A stretch of DNA of 64,000 bases from Nitrososphaeria archaeon (lineage in GTDB: Archaea; Thermoproteota; Nitrososphaeria; JACIWG01), in the NCBI GenBank assembly GCA_050011875.1, contig JBEKIG010000010.1, positions 24,499 through 88,498 of the forward strand. Direction: 5' to 3'. The translations under genes were made by a program, and so were the position numbers. Each line of letters starts with the position of its first letter. Position 1 is the stretch's first letter. A model generated the notes under the pieces. That model saw only the letters and a program-made list of their open reading frames with translations, was not told the DNA's origin and searched no databases. Positions 9,123 to 18,670 of the stretch are shown here, piece by piece.

Positions 9123-9928
9123 TTCAAATGAGACCTCCAAAAGAGGTGGTCTTAACTGAAAGGATACTGAAGGAAAAACGGCTCTGTAACAATTGCTTGG
9201 GAAGACAATTTCCCAAGTTTCGACCGGAACTTACAATCAAAGAAAAAGGAATACTGTTAAGGTTCTTAGCTGAAACTAAGACTAAAGGTTGGAATTCAGA
9301 AGGTTACACTTGGGAAGAACTTTACAATCTCTTTGAGAAGCAGCCATGTGAATTATGCAGAGGTATTTTTGATAAGATCGACGATATTGCAGACAGATTA
9401 GTCGATGAAATGAGGGAATACGAATTTAAGAATTTTTTGTGCGGAGCAAATGTGCCCTTCCAGATAACAGAGAAAGAAGATAAAATAAGATCCAAATACA
9501 AACTTAAAGGTGAAAGTTTAAGGAAAGAGATCGTACGTGAAGTGGGATTAAAGTTAAATGAATTGTTAAAGAGGGATACCAGCTTTTCGGACCCGGATAT
9601 CAAGATCATATTACAACCTTTTGAGGATCAATTAAATGTCAAAATCACTACCAAACCTATCTTTATGCATGGACAATATGAAACAGAAAATGAACTGGAC
9701 ATTAAAGAAAGGCTAAAAGAGTTTTTTCTAGGAGAGTTTCAAGCAGAATCTGTAAAAGTGAAAATCAGTCCTTCCTATGACCCTCTTGTTAAAAGAAACT
9801 TGTTTACAATAAGAATTATCCATCCAAAAAAGAGAACGATTCATGTCGAAAAAACTATGATTTCAGGCGGCATAGAAGTCACTGAAATTAAAGAAATGGT
9901 AGGAGGAGGTCGTAGGCGGTCAAAATGA
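9119..9928 (+). CDS. Pus10-related protein (Zn/THUMP N-terminus; catalytic domain degenerate or absent)
   Basis: LCNNCLGRQF...CELCRGIF...GESLRKEIVREVG as in Pus10 and usual position before rpl21e, but only 269 aa and no GREDxD motif. Confidence 0.75.
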   Translation: MIQMRPPKEVVLTERILKEKRLCNNCLGRQFPKFRPELTIKEKGILLRFLAETKTKGWNSEGYTWEELYNLFEKQPCELCRGIFDKIDDIADRLVDEMREYEFKNFLCGANVPFQITEKEDKIRSKYKLKGESLRKEIVREVGLKLNELLKRDTSFSDPDIKIILQPFEDQLNVKITTKPIFMHGQYETENELDIKERLKEFFLGEFQAESVKVKISPSYDPLVKRNLFTIRIIHPKKRTIHVEKTMISGGIEVTEIKEMVGGGRRRSK

Positions 9929-10059
9929 AAGTTATTGTTTAATATAACTAGAGATCCGAAATGTAATAGAACGGTGAGGAGTAGTAGGAGTAAGGTACAG
10001 AGGAAGACTTTAAAATAAAACTATATTACATAAGAAAAGGAAATGGTTGGCGAGCGAAT

Positions 10060-10347
10060 ATGACAAGGTCGCATGGGTATAGAAGGAGAACGAGAAGCTT
10101 GTTCACGAAGGATTTGACGAGTGAGCAAGGTTTATCTTACATTATGAGAGAGTATAATGTTAATGATAAAGTTATTATTAAAATTAACCCATCAATAGTA
10201 AAAGGCATGCCTCACCGTAGATATCATGGGAAAGTAGGAGTAGTGGAAAAGGTAATGAGAAGATCCCTCTTAATCGATGTTAAGGTGGGAGATAAAACCA
10301 AGAAAGTAATTGCCCGACTTGAGCATGTTAAGCCTCTGACTGCGTAA
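10060..10347 (+). CDS. rpl21e: 50S ribosomal protein L21e
   Basis: SHGYRRRTR, KGMPHRRYHGKVG. Confidence 0.97.
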   Translation: MTRSHGYRRRTRSLFTKDLTSEQGLSYIMREYNVNDKVIIKINPSIVKGMPHRRYHGKVGVVEKVMRRSLLIDVKVGDKTKKVIARLEHVKPLTA

Positions 10348-10351
10348 GGGT

Positions 10352-10702
10352 GTGGATTTCATGGAGAAGAAGGAGGCCGTTAAAAAGCCAATAACAATGG
10401 CAGAAGCAAAAGATATCCTAGAGAAGATAAACGTAGAGGAAGCAGATCAGATTCAGAAAAGAACTATTGATTATCTGACAAAGTTCACTAAGGTAAGTTC
10501 AAAAGTTGCCATTATGATAAAGGGAAGGCTCATTAAAGAATTAGGGTTAACAGAAGAAGAAGCCATAGAGGTGACTAATATATTACCCTCCTCATTAGGA
10601 GAATTGAATACAATTATCGCTGGTTGGAGGAAGATTTTTTCCACAGAAAAGAAAAATTTAATTCTGAATATTATTAATGAAGAAAGGAAGAAGGGTGAGT
10701 AA
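10352..10702 (+). CDS. rpo4: RNA polymerase subunit Rpo4 (RpoF)
   Basis: QKRTIDYLTKF...EEEAIEVTNILP; conserved rpl21e-rpo4-DUF655 order. Confidence 0.9.
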   Translation: MDFMEKKEAVKKPITMAEAKDILEKINVEEADQIQKRTIDYLTKFTKVSSKVAIMIKGRLIKELGLTEEEAIEVTNILPSSLGELNTIIAGWRKIFSTEKKNLILNIINEERKKGE

Positions 10703-10704
10703 AC

Positions 10705-11262
10705 ATTTCCTTTCGTGAGCGAAAATTTGAAGAGTACGCTTATCTTTTGGATTTCATTCCTAATGGCAGATCTTCTGTGATAAGGGGGCGGGAAGGATCA
10801 ATTGTACAGGCAATAGGAGAGGAAAACCTTGTGCTATTGGAGATTCTATCAACAAATAACGTCACATTTGAGGAAGGAGAAAGGATTTACATTGGGAAAG
10901 AGGGTAGGAAGAAGATAATAAGTGTACTCGGTAGACTCAATTATGGAGACCTTTCACCCAATTCAAAAAATGAAATACCTTACGTATTGGAAAAAATAGT
11001 TTTAGCAAATGAGCAGAGATTTGTAAAATATTTTAACGAATCCATGCCCGTGACGCCTAGACTACATAGTTTAGAACTAATACCTGGCATAGGAAAAACC
11101 TACATGATGCAAATATTGAACGAGAGGGAAAAACGTCCTTTTGTTTCATTCGAAGATGTTAATAAAAGGAGTGGATTAAGGGACATTGCGAAACTTATAA
11201 CCAAAAGGATACTCGAGGAACTTCAAGGTAATACAAGAATATTTCTCTTCGTAAAAAAGTAG
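10705..11262 (+). CDS. DUF655 family RNA-binding protein (start probably upstream of TTG 10747)
   Basis: In-frame RKFEEYAYLLDF upstream of 10747; RLHSLELIPGIGK HhH motif. Confidence 0.88.
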   Translation: MSFRERKFEEYAYLLDFIPNGRSSVIRGREGSIVQAIGEENLVLLEILSTNNVTFEEGERIYIGKEGRKKIISVLGRLNYGDLSPNSKNEIPYVLEKIVLANEQRFVKYFNESMPVTPRLHSLELIPGIGKTYMMQILNEREKRPFVSFEDVNKRSGLRDIAKLITKRILEELQGNTRIFLFVKK

Positions 11263-11264
11263 CG

Positions 11265-11606
11265 CTATTTTGAAGACAGTTTAAGAATTGCTCGAGCTAA
11301 GTCTCCGTCACATTCCTTTAAGGCTTCTTCGGCGACTACCTTCGTAACACCAGCCTGCTGAGCCACAAGAAGAACATCTTCTTCGCTGTACTTTTTAGCT
11401 ACACCCTGCTCTTCTATTGAACCGCCCATTATTTGATATATCTGCATTCCTTGAGCGCTAACTTGGGATACGGATGGTTTTTTTATCAAGATGTCTTTAC
11501 CCTCCGTTCTTATGATAACTTCTTTTACGTTAGGAACTTCTTTCATATCTAAACCCAGCTTATCCATCATTCGTTTTGCGTCTCTCTGATTTAATCTGAA
11601 TCCCAA
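11265..11606 (-). CDS. nac: Nascent polypeptide-associated complex protein
   Basis: RMMDKLGLDM, EDVLLVAQQAGV...GDLARAIL UBA domain. Confidence 0.93.
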   Translation of the reverse strand: MGFRLNQRDAKRMMDKLGLDMKEVPNVKEVIIRTEGKDILIKKPSVSQVSAQGMQIYQIMGGSIEEQGVAKKYSEEDVLLVAQQAGVTKVVAEEALKECDGDLARAILKLSSK

Positions 11607-12058
11607 TCTTTTACCACCCTATTTTTAACACATAGACCGGATTTAAAACGTTCGATTTGTTCAAAGGAAATTGTGGATCTGCCAACACCGATTAATGTTT
11701 CATTTGGTTCTAGTATGAAAACGTCTGACCCTACAAAAACGTTCTTCCCCATCTTTTTAACATTCTTGACGAAAACGGATGAACCATCCTTGATATGAGC
11801 TACAGCGTCTTCTTTGACAACCACAGTATTTTGTTTAAAATCTTTGGCCTTGTACAATAGATAGTAAGCGTAAGGCGTAGGAGCAAAACTTCCATTTGAA
11901 CGGAATGTGCCTAATAATTTATTTTTGTAAAATAACTGTTTTATTTTACCTGTTCTCTTTGAAACTATAGCCCTGATCTTTTCAATGTCTACTACTTCAT
12001 GAACCGAACGTCCATAGAAATAATCTAATATATAGGGGAGATCTTTTAGTTTACGCAT
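11591..12058 (-). CDS. PUA-domain protein (archaeosine TGT C-terminal-like)
   Basis: VSKRTGKIKQ...GSSVFVKNV...LIGVGRS PUA pattern. Confidence 0.8.
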   Translation of the reverse strand: MRKLKDLPYILDYFYGRSVHEVVDIEKIRAIVSKRTGKIKQLFYKNKLLGTFRSNGSFAPTPYAYYLLYKAKDFKQNTVVVKEDAVAHIKDGSSVFVKNVKKMGKNVFVGSDVFILEPNETLIGVGRSTISFEQIERFKSGLCVKNRVVKDWDSD

Positions 12059-12112
12059 GCTGACATCGTCTTATAACATGGTGAACAACTTAAATTTTGG
12101 GGTAGGAAAACA

Positions 12113-12508
12113 TTGAACTGTGAAATCTGTGGAAAACGAGTGGACGGAAAACCTAATAAAATAATGGTTGACGGCTCAATACTTGAAGTCTGTAATTCGT
12201 GTGCTAACCTAGGAGAAGAAGTTAAAGAAATCCCCAGAAACAAATTAAAGCCTAGGCCAAGGATGATGACGCATACCCAAAAAATTGATCTTGAAGAAAT
12301 GGAAATCGTACCAGATTATGCTCTAACAATAAAAAGAGCTAGAGAAAAAATGGGATTATCCCAAGACGACCTCGCAAGAAGGGTCAACGAAAAAGCATCT
12401 GTAATTAGCCTTATTGAATCAAGCAAAATGAAACCTAGTATATTTATAGGCCAGAAGTTAGAACGCGCACTAAAAATAGATCTATTCGCAATGATCGAGG
12501 AAAAATAA
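12113..12508 (+). CDS. mbf1: Multiprotein bridging factor aMBF1
   Basis: CEICG...VCNSC ribbon plus Cro-type HTH (AREKMGLSQDDLA). Confidence 0.93.
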   Translation: MNCEICGKRVDGKPNKIMVDGSILEVCNSCANLGEEVKEIPRNKLKPRPRMMTHTQKIDLEEMEIVPDYALTIKRAREKMGLSQDDLARRVNEKASVISLIESSKMKPSIFIGQKLERALKIDLFAMIEEK

Positions 12509-13768
12509 ATGTTAAGCAATAGAGAAAATGTTATACTTATCACTTATCCTGAACAATACGTCATAAAGGAGGCTATCGCATTAGCAAGCACAGCAGGCTA
12601 TAACGTGACAAACGTCATCACACAAAAATATTTGAACAGATCTAGTTTTGGTATAGGGAAAGGTAAGTTGAAGGACTTAGAAGAAATGGTAAAGAATACG
12701 GAAGTTGACAAGATACTCTTTGATGAGACATTAAGACCGACTCAAGCATATAATCTCGCAAAGATTCTGAAGAAAGAGGTAATTGACAGGGAAAAGCTAA
12801 TATTACAAATTTTCACAAAACATGCAGTAACTTCAGAAGCGAAACTGCAAATAAAGCTCGCTGAACAAAGATATGAACTAATCAGAGCAAGGAACAAAGT
12901 TAACCTAGAAAAGAAAGGTGAACAGCCAGGATTCTTCGGTTTAGGAGAATATGAAGTTGAGGTTTATGTTAACCAAATTAAGAGACAGATCGAGTATTTG
13001 AACATCAAATTAGCAGATATTCGCAAGCAAAGGGAAACCCAGAGGGCGCAAAGAGAAGAAAATGACATCCCATTAGTTTCATTAGCAGGATATACTGGTG
13101 TCGGGAAGACATCCATATTTAATCTGCTTACCGGAGAAAAACTACAAGTGTCTGATCAGATCTTTACTACCCTAAGGACTACAACAAGAAAAATCCTTAA
13201 TGAGAGAAACATCCTTATTTCAGATACGGTTGGATTCATCCGAAATATACCACCTTATATGATTGAAGCTTTCAAGTCCACCTTAGAGGAGTTAAAGTTT
13301 GCTGATGTTATTCTATTAGTAGTAGATGTGAGCGAGCCGATATCAGAAATCCGGAAAAAATTTTCCACATCTTTGAATATCTTGTACGAGTTAGGAGTCA
13401 TTATCAGTGATATAGTTGTAGTTTTGAATAAACAGGATCTTGTATCAGAAGAAAAAATCAAGGAAGTCGAAAACCAATTTAAAAACGATGAGCTTGAGTA
13501 CATAATCATCTCTGCCAAAACTAATTATGGAGGCAACGAACTCTTAGAGAAGATCAGGATTAAGCTCGATGAGGTAACAAAAGAGTTTTTTGTTGATTAT
13601 CAGAGCGTTGCTTTAATCTCTAACTTTTTAGACTGGTTGAAGCAATCCTCGCGTGTAGAAACTAGAAAAGACCAAAATTGTCTATATATCAAAGTTACTG
13701 GAAGAAAAACAATTTTAAGTCAATTTGAAAACCAGCTTAAGCGTGTCAGAGCAGATATACGTACTTAG
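12509..13768 (+). CDS. hflX: GTPase HflX
   Basis: GYTGVGKTS, FTTL, DTVGFI, NKQD. Confidence 0.95.
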   Translation: MLSNRENVILITYPEQYVIKEAIALASTAGYNVTNVITQKYLNRSSFGIGKGKLKDLEEMVKNTEVDKILFDETLRPTQAYNLAKILKKEVIDREKLILQIFTKHAVTSEAKLQIKLAEQRYELIRARNKVNLEKKGEQPGFFGLGEYEVEVYVNQIKRQIEYLNIKLADIRKQRETQRAQREENDIPLVSLAGYTGVGKTSIFNLLTGEKLQVSDQIFTTLRTTTRKILNERNILISDTVGFIRNIPPYMIEAFKSTLEELKFADVILLVVDVSEPISEIRKKFSTSLNILYELGVIISDIVVVLNKQDLVSEEKIKEVENQFKNDELEYIIISAKTNYGGNELLEKIRIKLDEVTKEFFVDYQSVALISNFLDWLKQSSRVETRKDQNCLYIKVTGRKTILSQFENQLKRVRADIRT

Positions 13769-14276
13769 AATAGGGCATAGAATAGAAAGGGACAAAAGAG
13801 TTACAACGCATGTTGGTCTAGTGGCAAGAGCCTTGGGAGCAAAGGGAATCTTCTTTGTCAACACAGAGAAGGAAATAAAGGAAAAGATCGATGAGGTAAC
13901 AAACTTTTGGGGGGGTCCATTTAAGACGGAGATCATCGAAGAGAATTGGCTAAAATTTATAATTGACTGGAAAAAGGAAAATGGGATAGTTATTCACTTG
14001 ACGATGTACGGTTTACCTATTAATAATATAATTGAAGAGATAAGGAAAAAAGAGGAAAAGAAATTAGTCGTTGTAGGAGCAGAAAAAGTTCCAAGAGAGC
14101 TTTATGAAATAAGTGATTATAATGTATCGATAACCAGTCAACCACACTCCGAAATCGCCGCATTGGCAATCTTTTTAGACCAATTTTACATGGGAAAAGA
14201 GATAAGTTTAAAATTTAGTGGCGCAAAAGTGAATATCATACCTACAAAAAGAGGCAAGAAAATAATTGAAAGTTGA
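13725..14276 (+). CDS. trm56: tRNA (cytidine-56-2'-O)-methyltransferase (alternative start GTG 13743)
   Basis: LRIGHRIERDKRVTTHV, HLTMYG, QPHSEIAALAIFLD. Confidence 0.95.
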   Translation: MKTSLSVSEQIYVLRIGHRIERDKRVTTHVGLVARALGAKGIFFVNTEKEIKEKIDEVTNFWGGPFKTEIIEENWLKFIIDWKKENGIVIHLTMYGLPINNIIEEIRKKEEKKLVVVGAEKVPRELYEISDYNVSITSQPHSEIAALAIFLDQFYMGKEISLKFSGAKVNIIPTKRGKKIIES

Positions 14277-14784
14277 ATATGAAGATTCATTCGTAAAAGC
14301 GGCTAGCCTTTTAGGCGGAGAAGAGCATATAAGAGTAGCTAGAGCACTATTAAACAATGAAAATGCAACCGATGAGGAAATAGCAAGTGCCACGGGATTG
14401 AAGATAAACATCGTTAGACGAGTTCTGTACGATCTCTTTGGTCATTCATTAATTTCAGGAATAAGAGTAAGGGATCCGAAGAAAGGGTGGTTTGTCTATA
14501 GGTGGCAAGCACGGAGAGATCAAACTGAAAGCTTCATAGAGAGCCAGAAAAGAAAAATTCTTGGAAGACTTAAACATAGACTTGAATATGAGGAAGCCAA
14601 TGAATTTTATTACTGTGGAACTCCAGGCTGCAGGAAGCTGCCATTTGTGGAGGCAATGGAGAACTTGTTTAAATGCCCCAAATGCGGCAAAGCTGTAAAC
14701 ATTATAAAAGATGAAGAATTTAAAGAGGCACTTAAATGGAAAATAAAACAGATAGAAGAAGAACTAGAGGAAAGGACACACTAA
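14266..14784 (+). CDS. tfe: Transcription factor E alpha
   Basis: ATDEEIASATGLKINIVRRVLY, GWFVYRW, FKCPKCG. Confidence 0.95.
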   Translation: MKVEYEDSFVKAASLLGGEEHIRVARALLNNENATDEEIASATGLKINIVRRVLYDLFGHSLISGIRVRDPKKGWFVYRWQARRDQTESFIESQKRKILGRLKHRLEYEEANEFYYCGTPGCRKLPFVEAMENLFKCPKCGKAVNIIKDEEFKEALKWKIKQIEEELEERTH

Positions 14785-15314
14785 TAAAAAAAGAAGTGGA
14801 AGAGCTAATAAAATATGGATGCGATGACTACATTATCCAACATGGCCTACTTGTAATGAATGTTTCAGATACGATAGTCAAGGAACTGAAGCGCGTGGGA
14901 GTTGACATAGATGAAAAATCCATTTTAAGGGGGGCAATACTTCATGATATCGGTCGCTCAAAGGAGCATTCTGTCAGGCATGGATTCCTAGGAGGAGAAA
15001 TACTAAAAAAAGACGGATATGATAGAAAAGTTATCAAAATTGTAGAAAATCACGTTGGTGGAGGAATAGACAAGCAAGAATGTGCGAAACTTGGAATGCC
15101 TGAAAGAGATTTTATACCCACATCGTTGGAAGAAAAGATTGTTTGCTTAGCAGACAAATATGTTGAAGACAATCAGATCAAACCTCTCCAAGAGACACTT
15201 AGTAAATTTGATGAAATTCTAGGTGAGGGAAACAAAGCTAACAAAAGAATATTAAAGATAAAAAAAGAAATCGAATTACTAGCTAAGAAAGGGATGGAAT
15301 CAATAATCAATTAA
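14736..15314 (+). CDS. HD-domain protein (archaeal HDIG type)
   Basis: GAILHDIGRS, HGFLGG, HVGGG, EEKIVCLADK; start uncertain (overlaps tfe). Confidence 0.85.
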   Translation: MENKTDRRRTRGKDTLIKKEVEELIKYGCDDYIIQHGLLVMNVSDTIVKELKRVGVDIDEKSILRGAILHDIGRSKEHSVRHGFLGGEILKKDGYDRKVIKIVENHVGGGIDKQECAKLGMPERDFIPTSLEEKIVCLADKYVEDNQIKPLQETLSKFDEILGEGNKANKRILKIKKEIELLAKKGMESIIN

Positions 15315-15364
15315 GGTTAAAAAAAATATAGCGTACTATAATAATTGGATGTTAATTATTATGG

Positions 15365-15439
15365 TAGCGAGGGGTGGATTTGAACCACTGATCTGCGGGT
15401 TATGAGCCCGCCGGGATAACCTAGCTTCCCCACCTCGCT
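15365..15439 (-). tRNA. Initiator tRNA-Met(CAT)
   Basis: AGCGAGG/CCTCGCT acceptor (A1:U72), GCGGG-CT CAT AA-CCCGC anticodon arm; CCA encoded at 15364-15362. Confidence 0.95.
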
Positions 15440-15488
15440 GTTGTTTTCTTGAGGTTATAATCTGCTTTTTAAAGCTTTTGAAAAAGCT

Positions 15489-16826
15489 TTAACTGAAGAT
15501 TTTCAAAAACATGTTATTAAAAGGTGCGTTGATTGTTAAGTCAGTGGAATAATATTGCAAAGGCTTAGTAAGATGGCGATGTGCTGAAGGGGGAGGAATG
15601 TATAGACCTAGTTTAATATCACGAGAAATAATTTTTTTTACTTTCGAAGCTTTTACCAATTTGACTTTACATTTGTCACATTCAAAACCTTGGCTTTTAC
15701 CCAACGATTTCATATGCCTACTACATATTGGGCATAAAGGGTTCTCATAAACGAAGTCGTCCGATAAATTTAAGATTTTCAGGTACTCAATATTTAGTGC
15801 CATAGAATCTTTTTTGTTTGGAGCACGAACTCCACCTCCTATCTCAACTTCGTCTCCAGGCCTTAGTTTTAATACAGAAAATCTAAAGATTTTAGTTGGC
15901 TCATATGCTGCACATTTAACAGAAGAGGTATCGTCTTCTAGTAAAAAGAATACGTGACCACCTATTTCTGTTTTTGGAACCGTTTTCACTTTTCCTTGAA
16001 CCTTGACCGAATAATATGGTTTAATATCCTTTATTTTAAAGAAATTTACGAAGTGTGAATTTGTTCCCTGATTTGTTTTGAAGATCACATAATGTGACGC
16101 TTCTTCGTCAATCTCCAGCATTTTGAAAGCAGTCAATAGTTTTTCTGGAGTTAATCCTCTGATCCCAAATAGTATCGGGTCATGACCATGAGGAGTTATT
16201 ATAACACGATCTGTTATTGGATCATAATTATTATATGTAAAAGGATAAGTTTTAGCTGACATTTTTATTACAGATTTTTTGTACACCTTTCTCGGCTTAT
16301 CGAAATTCTTTCCTTTACGGTAACATATCAGTTCGTAAGTATGTTCTACTAGCGGGTTGCATAACCCCGCTAATGCACCTACAAGCCCTATTTCACCACC
16401 ATAAGTTGAATATATGAAATTGTACTTATCAAGCAGCTGCTTAGCCCTCTTAACACTCAAAACTCTGTATAAGGCTTCTTTTGAGAATTCTAACAGTTCA
16501 TTATTGAAACTGTTACCGTTAAACAGCACTATTGCTGGTGTTGACTTCTTACCAGCCTTAACGTAATTTATATACGCTATCCTTTTGGCGACCTTGAAGA
16601 TATGTTCTGGGTCCTCATGCTCTAAAATAATGGAAACTGCCCCATTACCTCGAGTCTTCCATGGTATGTTGGGGTTAAGACGGACAAGATGAGGGTAATC
16701 TAGGAATTTTGTCCGTGCAGCCTTTAACTCTTTTATAATCAAAGATAAAGCGTAAGTTGTACAACCATAGTTCGGCGTGTCTACATCGTCCAGGGAGACG
16801 TGTATGATTTTATTCTTCGACAACAA
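15489..16826 (-). CDS. tiaS: tRNA(Ile2) agmatidine synthetase
   Basis: DDVD..GCTTY, LVRLNPNIPWKTRGNGAV, PILFGIRG, AAYEPT, RHLTKP. Confidence 0.95.
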   Translation of the reverse strand: MLSKNKIIHVSLDDVDTPNYGCTTYALSLIIKELKAARTKFLDYPHLVRLNPNIPWKTRGNGAVSIILEHEDPEHIFKVAKRIAYINYVKAGKKSTPAIVLFNGNSFNNELLEFSKEALYRVLSVKRAKQLLDKYNFIYSTYGGEIGLVGALAGLCNPLVEHTYELICYRKGKNFDKPRKVYKKSVIKMSAKTYPFTYNNYDPITDRVIITPHGHDPILFGIRGLTPEKLLTAFKMLEIDEEASHYVIFKTNQGTNSHFVNFFKIKDIKPYYSVKVQGKVKTVPKTEIGGHVFFLLEDDTSSVKCAAYEPTKIFRFSVLKLRPGDEVEIGGGVRAPNKKDSMALNIEYLKILNLSDDFVYENPLCPICSRHMKSLGKSQGFECDKCKVKLVKASKVKKIISRDIKLGLYIPPPSAHRHLTKPLQYYSTDLTINAPFNNMFLKIFS

Positions 16827-17043
16827 TCATCGTTAGAGTTGAACGAACTTTTTCTAGACGGCGAATCTTCCAAGTTATGGTATCCTTTACCTTGTCCATA
16901 GTATCTGCTTGAATCTTGGCTATTATATCATAAACACCATAGACGACATAGACTTCCTTTACCTCTTCGATTTTCCTAAGTTCCTTAATTAAGTCCTCTT
17001 CTGTGCCTAAATCTGCATTTATTAAAACAAAAGCAAGTGGCAT
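16810..17043 (-). CDS. Lrp/AsnC ligand-binding (RAM) domain protein
   Basis: AFVLIN...VYGVYDIIAKI...VRSTLTMIV. Confidence 0.92.
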   Translation of the reverse strand: MPLAFVLINADLGTEEDLIKELRKIEEVKEVYVVYGVYDIIAKIQADTMDKVKDTITWKIRRLEKVRSTLTMIVVEE

Positions 17044-17108
17044 TTTTACCCATATATTATAAAAAGAAAAGAATATTAAACTTTTCTTTTAGTATAAGAA
17101 AGCGTAAC

Positions 17109-17645
17109 ATGCATCAAATTAGGATTTACATATTACACCTAGGTGAATGTGATGTTCGAAGGTGCACAGCAATAAAACTGAGAAAATTTGATCTAGTTGA
17201 TTTCATAGGTAGAAGGGATAGCAGGGCAAAAGGAGCCATCTTCCTAAATCCATTTGCAGAAAGAACGATATCAAAAGGAGATAGAACAACGATAGAAAGC
17301 AGGGGGCTAATCGCTTTGGATGGAAGCTGGAATAAAATCAGCAAGGAAAAGTTTATGATATATAATAGAAAATATGAATTTCGTGCTTTACCATACTTGG
17401 TGGCTGGAAATCCTACACACTATGGCTTGCCAACGAAATTAAGTACAGTCGAAGCGCTATCCTTTGCTTTATATATCACGGGGTTTAGGGAAGAGGCTCT
17501 AAAATTGCTTAAGATTTTCTCTTGGGGAATCAACGCGTTTAAACTAAATCAGTATCTACTACAGATGTATTCGGAAGCAAACACATCAAAAGAGCTCATA
17601 GAATTACAGAACAAATTTCTAGACGAACAAACAAGAAAGAGTTAA
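17109..17645 (+). CDS. tsr3: rRNA aminocarboxypropyltransferase Tsr3 (DUF367)
   Basis: CDVRRCTAIKL, ALDGSW, RALPYLVAGNPTHYG..KLSTVEA; ATG at 17109. Confidence 0.92.
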   Translation: MHQIRIYILHLGECDVRRCTAIKLRKFDLVDFIGRRDSRAKGAIFLNPFAERTISKGDRTTIESRGLIALDGSWNKISKEKFMIYNRKYEFRALPYLVAGNPTHYGLPTKLSTVEALSFALYITGFREEALKLLKIFSWGINAFKLNQYLLQMYSEANTSKELIELQNKFLDEQTRKS

Positions 17646-17667
17646 TAAGAACAATCCGAAATCTTTG

Positions 17668-17962
17668 ATGAACATACGCCGGTGGACAGGTTACGGAAGA
17701 AATCCTGTGGAAACTCCTTCCTCCGAGTAAAAGCGTGGCGCTGAGAAGCGCAGCGGTAGACCGTTGGCAACGGAACAGAAACGACACCAACCTAGACGCA
17801 TGACGATGATAAATATTTGAGAAGGTCTAGCAATTGGGTTAAACGGCCGACCCACGCGGAGCAAGACCAAATAGGGCGATGTGCATTTACTCAAAGTCCA
17901 GGTAGGTCGCATAGTCTAATACTGTCAAAACAGAAGAAGGGTTACAGCCGGCTTATGTTCAT
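17668..17962 (+). ncRNA. rnpB: RNase P RNA
   Basis: Terminal P1 ATGAACATA..GCCGG / CCGGC.TATGTTCAT; CR-I GTGGAAACTCCTTC pairing with CR-V AACAGAAGAAGGGTTAC; ACAGAAA and GGAGCAAG conserved blocks. Confidence 0.93.
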
Positions 17963-17973
17963 TAAAAGTAACA

Positions 17974-18384
17974 TTATTTTTTTAGTGAATCGAGATAAGT
18001 AAGATACTCCCCACTTTTCATTAATTTTTTGAAGTCAGCCTCTAAGTTGATTGGTTTCAATTTGAATATCCATCCTTCACTATAGGGTGATGTGTTAATC
18101 TTCTCTGGACTCATGTCAAGAGCTTTGTTCACTTCAACCACTACACCTCCAACAGGACTATACACTTCAGATACAGCCTTTATCGATTCGACCGTAGCAG
18201 CAACACTGCCTTGATCTATCTTTAACCCAACCTCAGGTAAAGAAACGTAAACGACGTCATGTAGTGATTTCACAGCGTAGTCGGTAATGCCTATTATTGC
18301 AGCATCGTCTTCGATCTTGACCCATTCATGCTCTTTGTTGTATCGTAAGTCTTCTGGAATATTATAACCGGACATGCCCATCAA
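17974..18384 (-). CDS. gcvH: Glycine cleavage H / lipoyl carrier protein
   Basis: HEWVK, IGITDYA, VESIKAVSEVYSP (lipoyl Lys), SPYSEGW. Confidence 0.95.
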   Translation of the reverse strand: MMGMSGYNIPEDLRYNKEHEWVKIEDDAAIIGITDYAVKSLHDVVYVSLPEVGLKIDQGSVAATVESIKAVSEVYSPVGGVVVEVNKALDMSPEKINTSPYSEGWIFKLKPINLEADFKKLMKSGEYLTYLDSLKK

Positions 18385-18436
18385 TCGAAGATTATGGAAC
18401 TGGGAAATAAATTTTCCAGAAATGGCAGATAAAAAG

Positions 18437-18601
18437 TTATGATTCCTTGTTCTTAGAGACCGTCATTTGATAGTCCCTTGAAAATTTTGAACCGCATGAT
18501 GGACATTGAAAATTGTAAAGTTTAAGAATAGAATATACTGACTTAAGGTTCTCATCAGAATACATTTTATATTTGCAGGTCCCACAAACGATTTCTATCA
18601 A
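18437..18601 (-). CDS. Small zinc-ribbon protein (54 aa)
   Basis: Manual translation MIEIVCGTCKYKMYSDENLKSVYSILKLYNFQCPSCGSKFSRDYQMTVSKNKES; two CxxC pairs; below ORF-track cutoff. Confidence 0.75.
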   Translation of the reverse strand: MIEIVCGTCKYKMYSDENLKSVYSILKLYNFQCPSCGSKFSRDYQMTVSKNKES

Positions 18602-18670
18602 CTTAGGTAGGTTAAGTAGGACGCAGATAAAAACTCTTTATAAATGCTATTTTAATGGAAGCGTAGTAGT

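Noticed and set aside
17596-18002. Short ORFs in the ORF track
   Set aside because: They overlap the RNase P RNA gene.
18497-18541. C/D box sRNA (ATGATGG...CTGA)
   Set aside because: Imperfect C box, AT-rich guides, and it overlaps a convincing Zn-ribbon ORF on the opposite strand.
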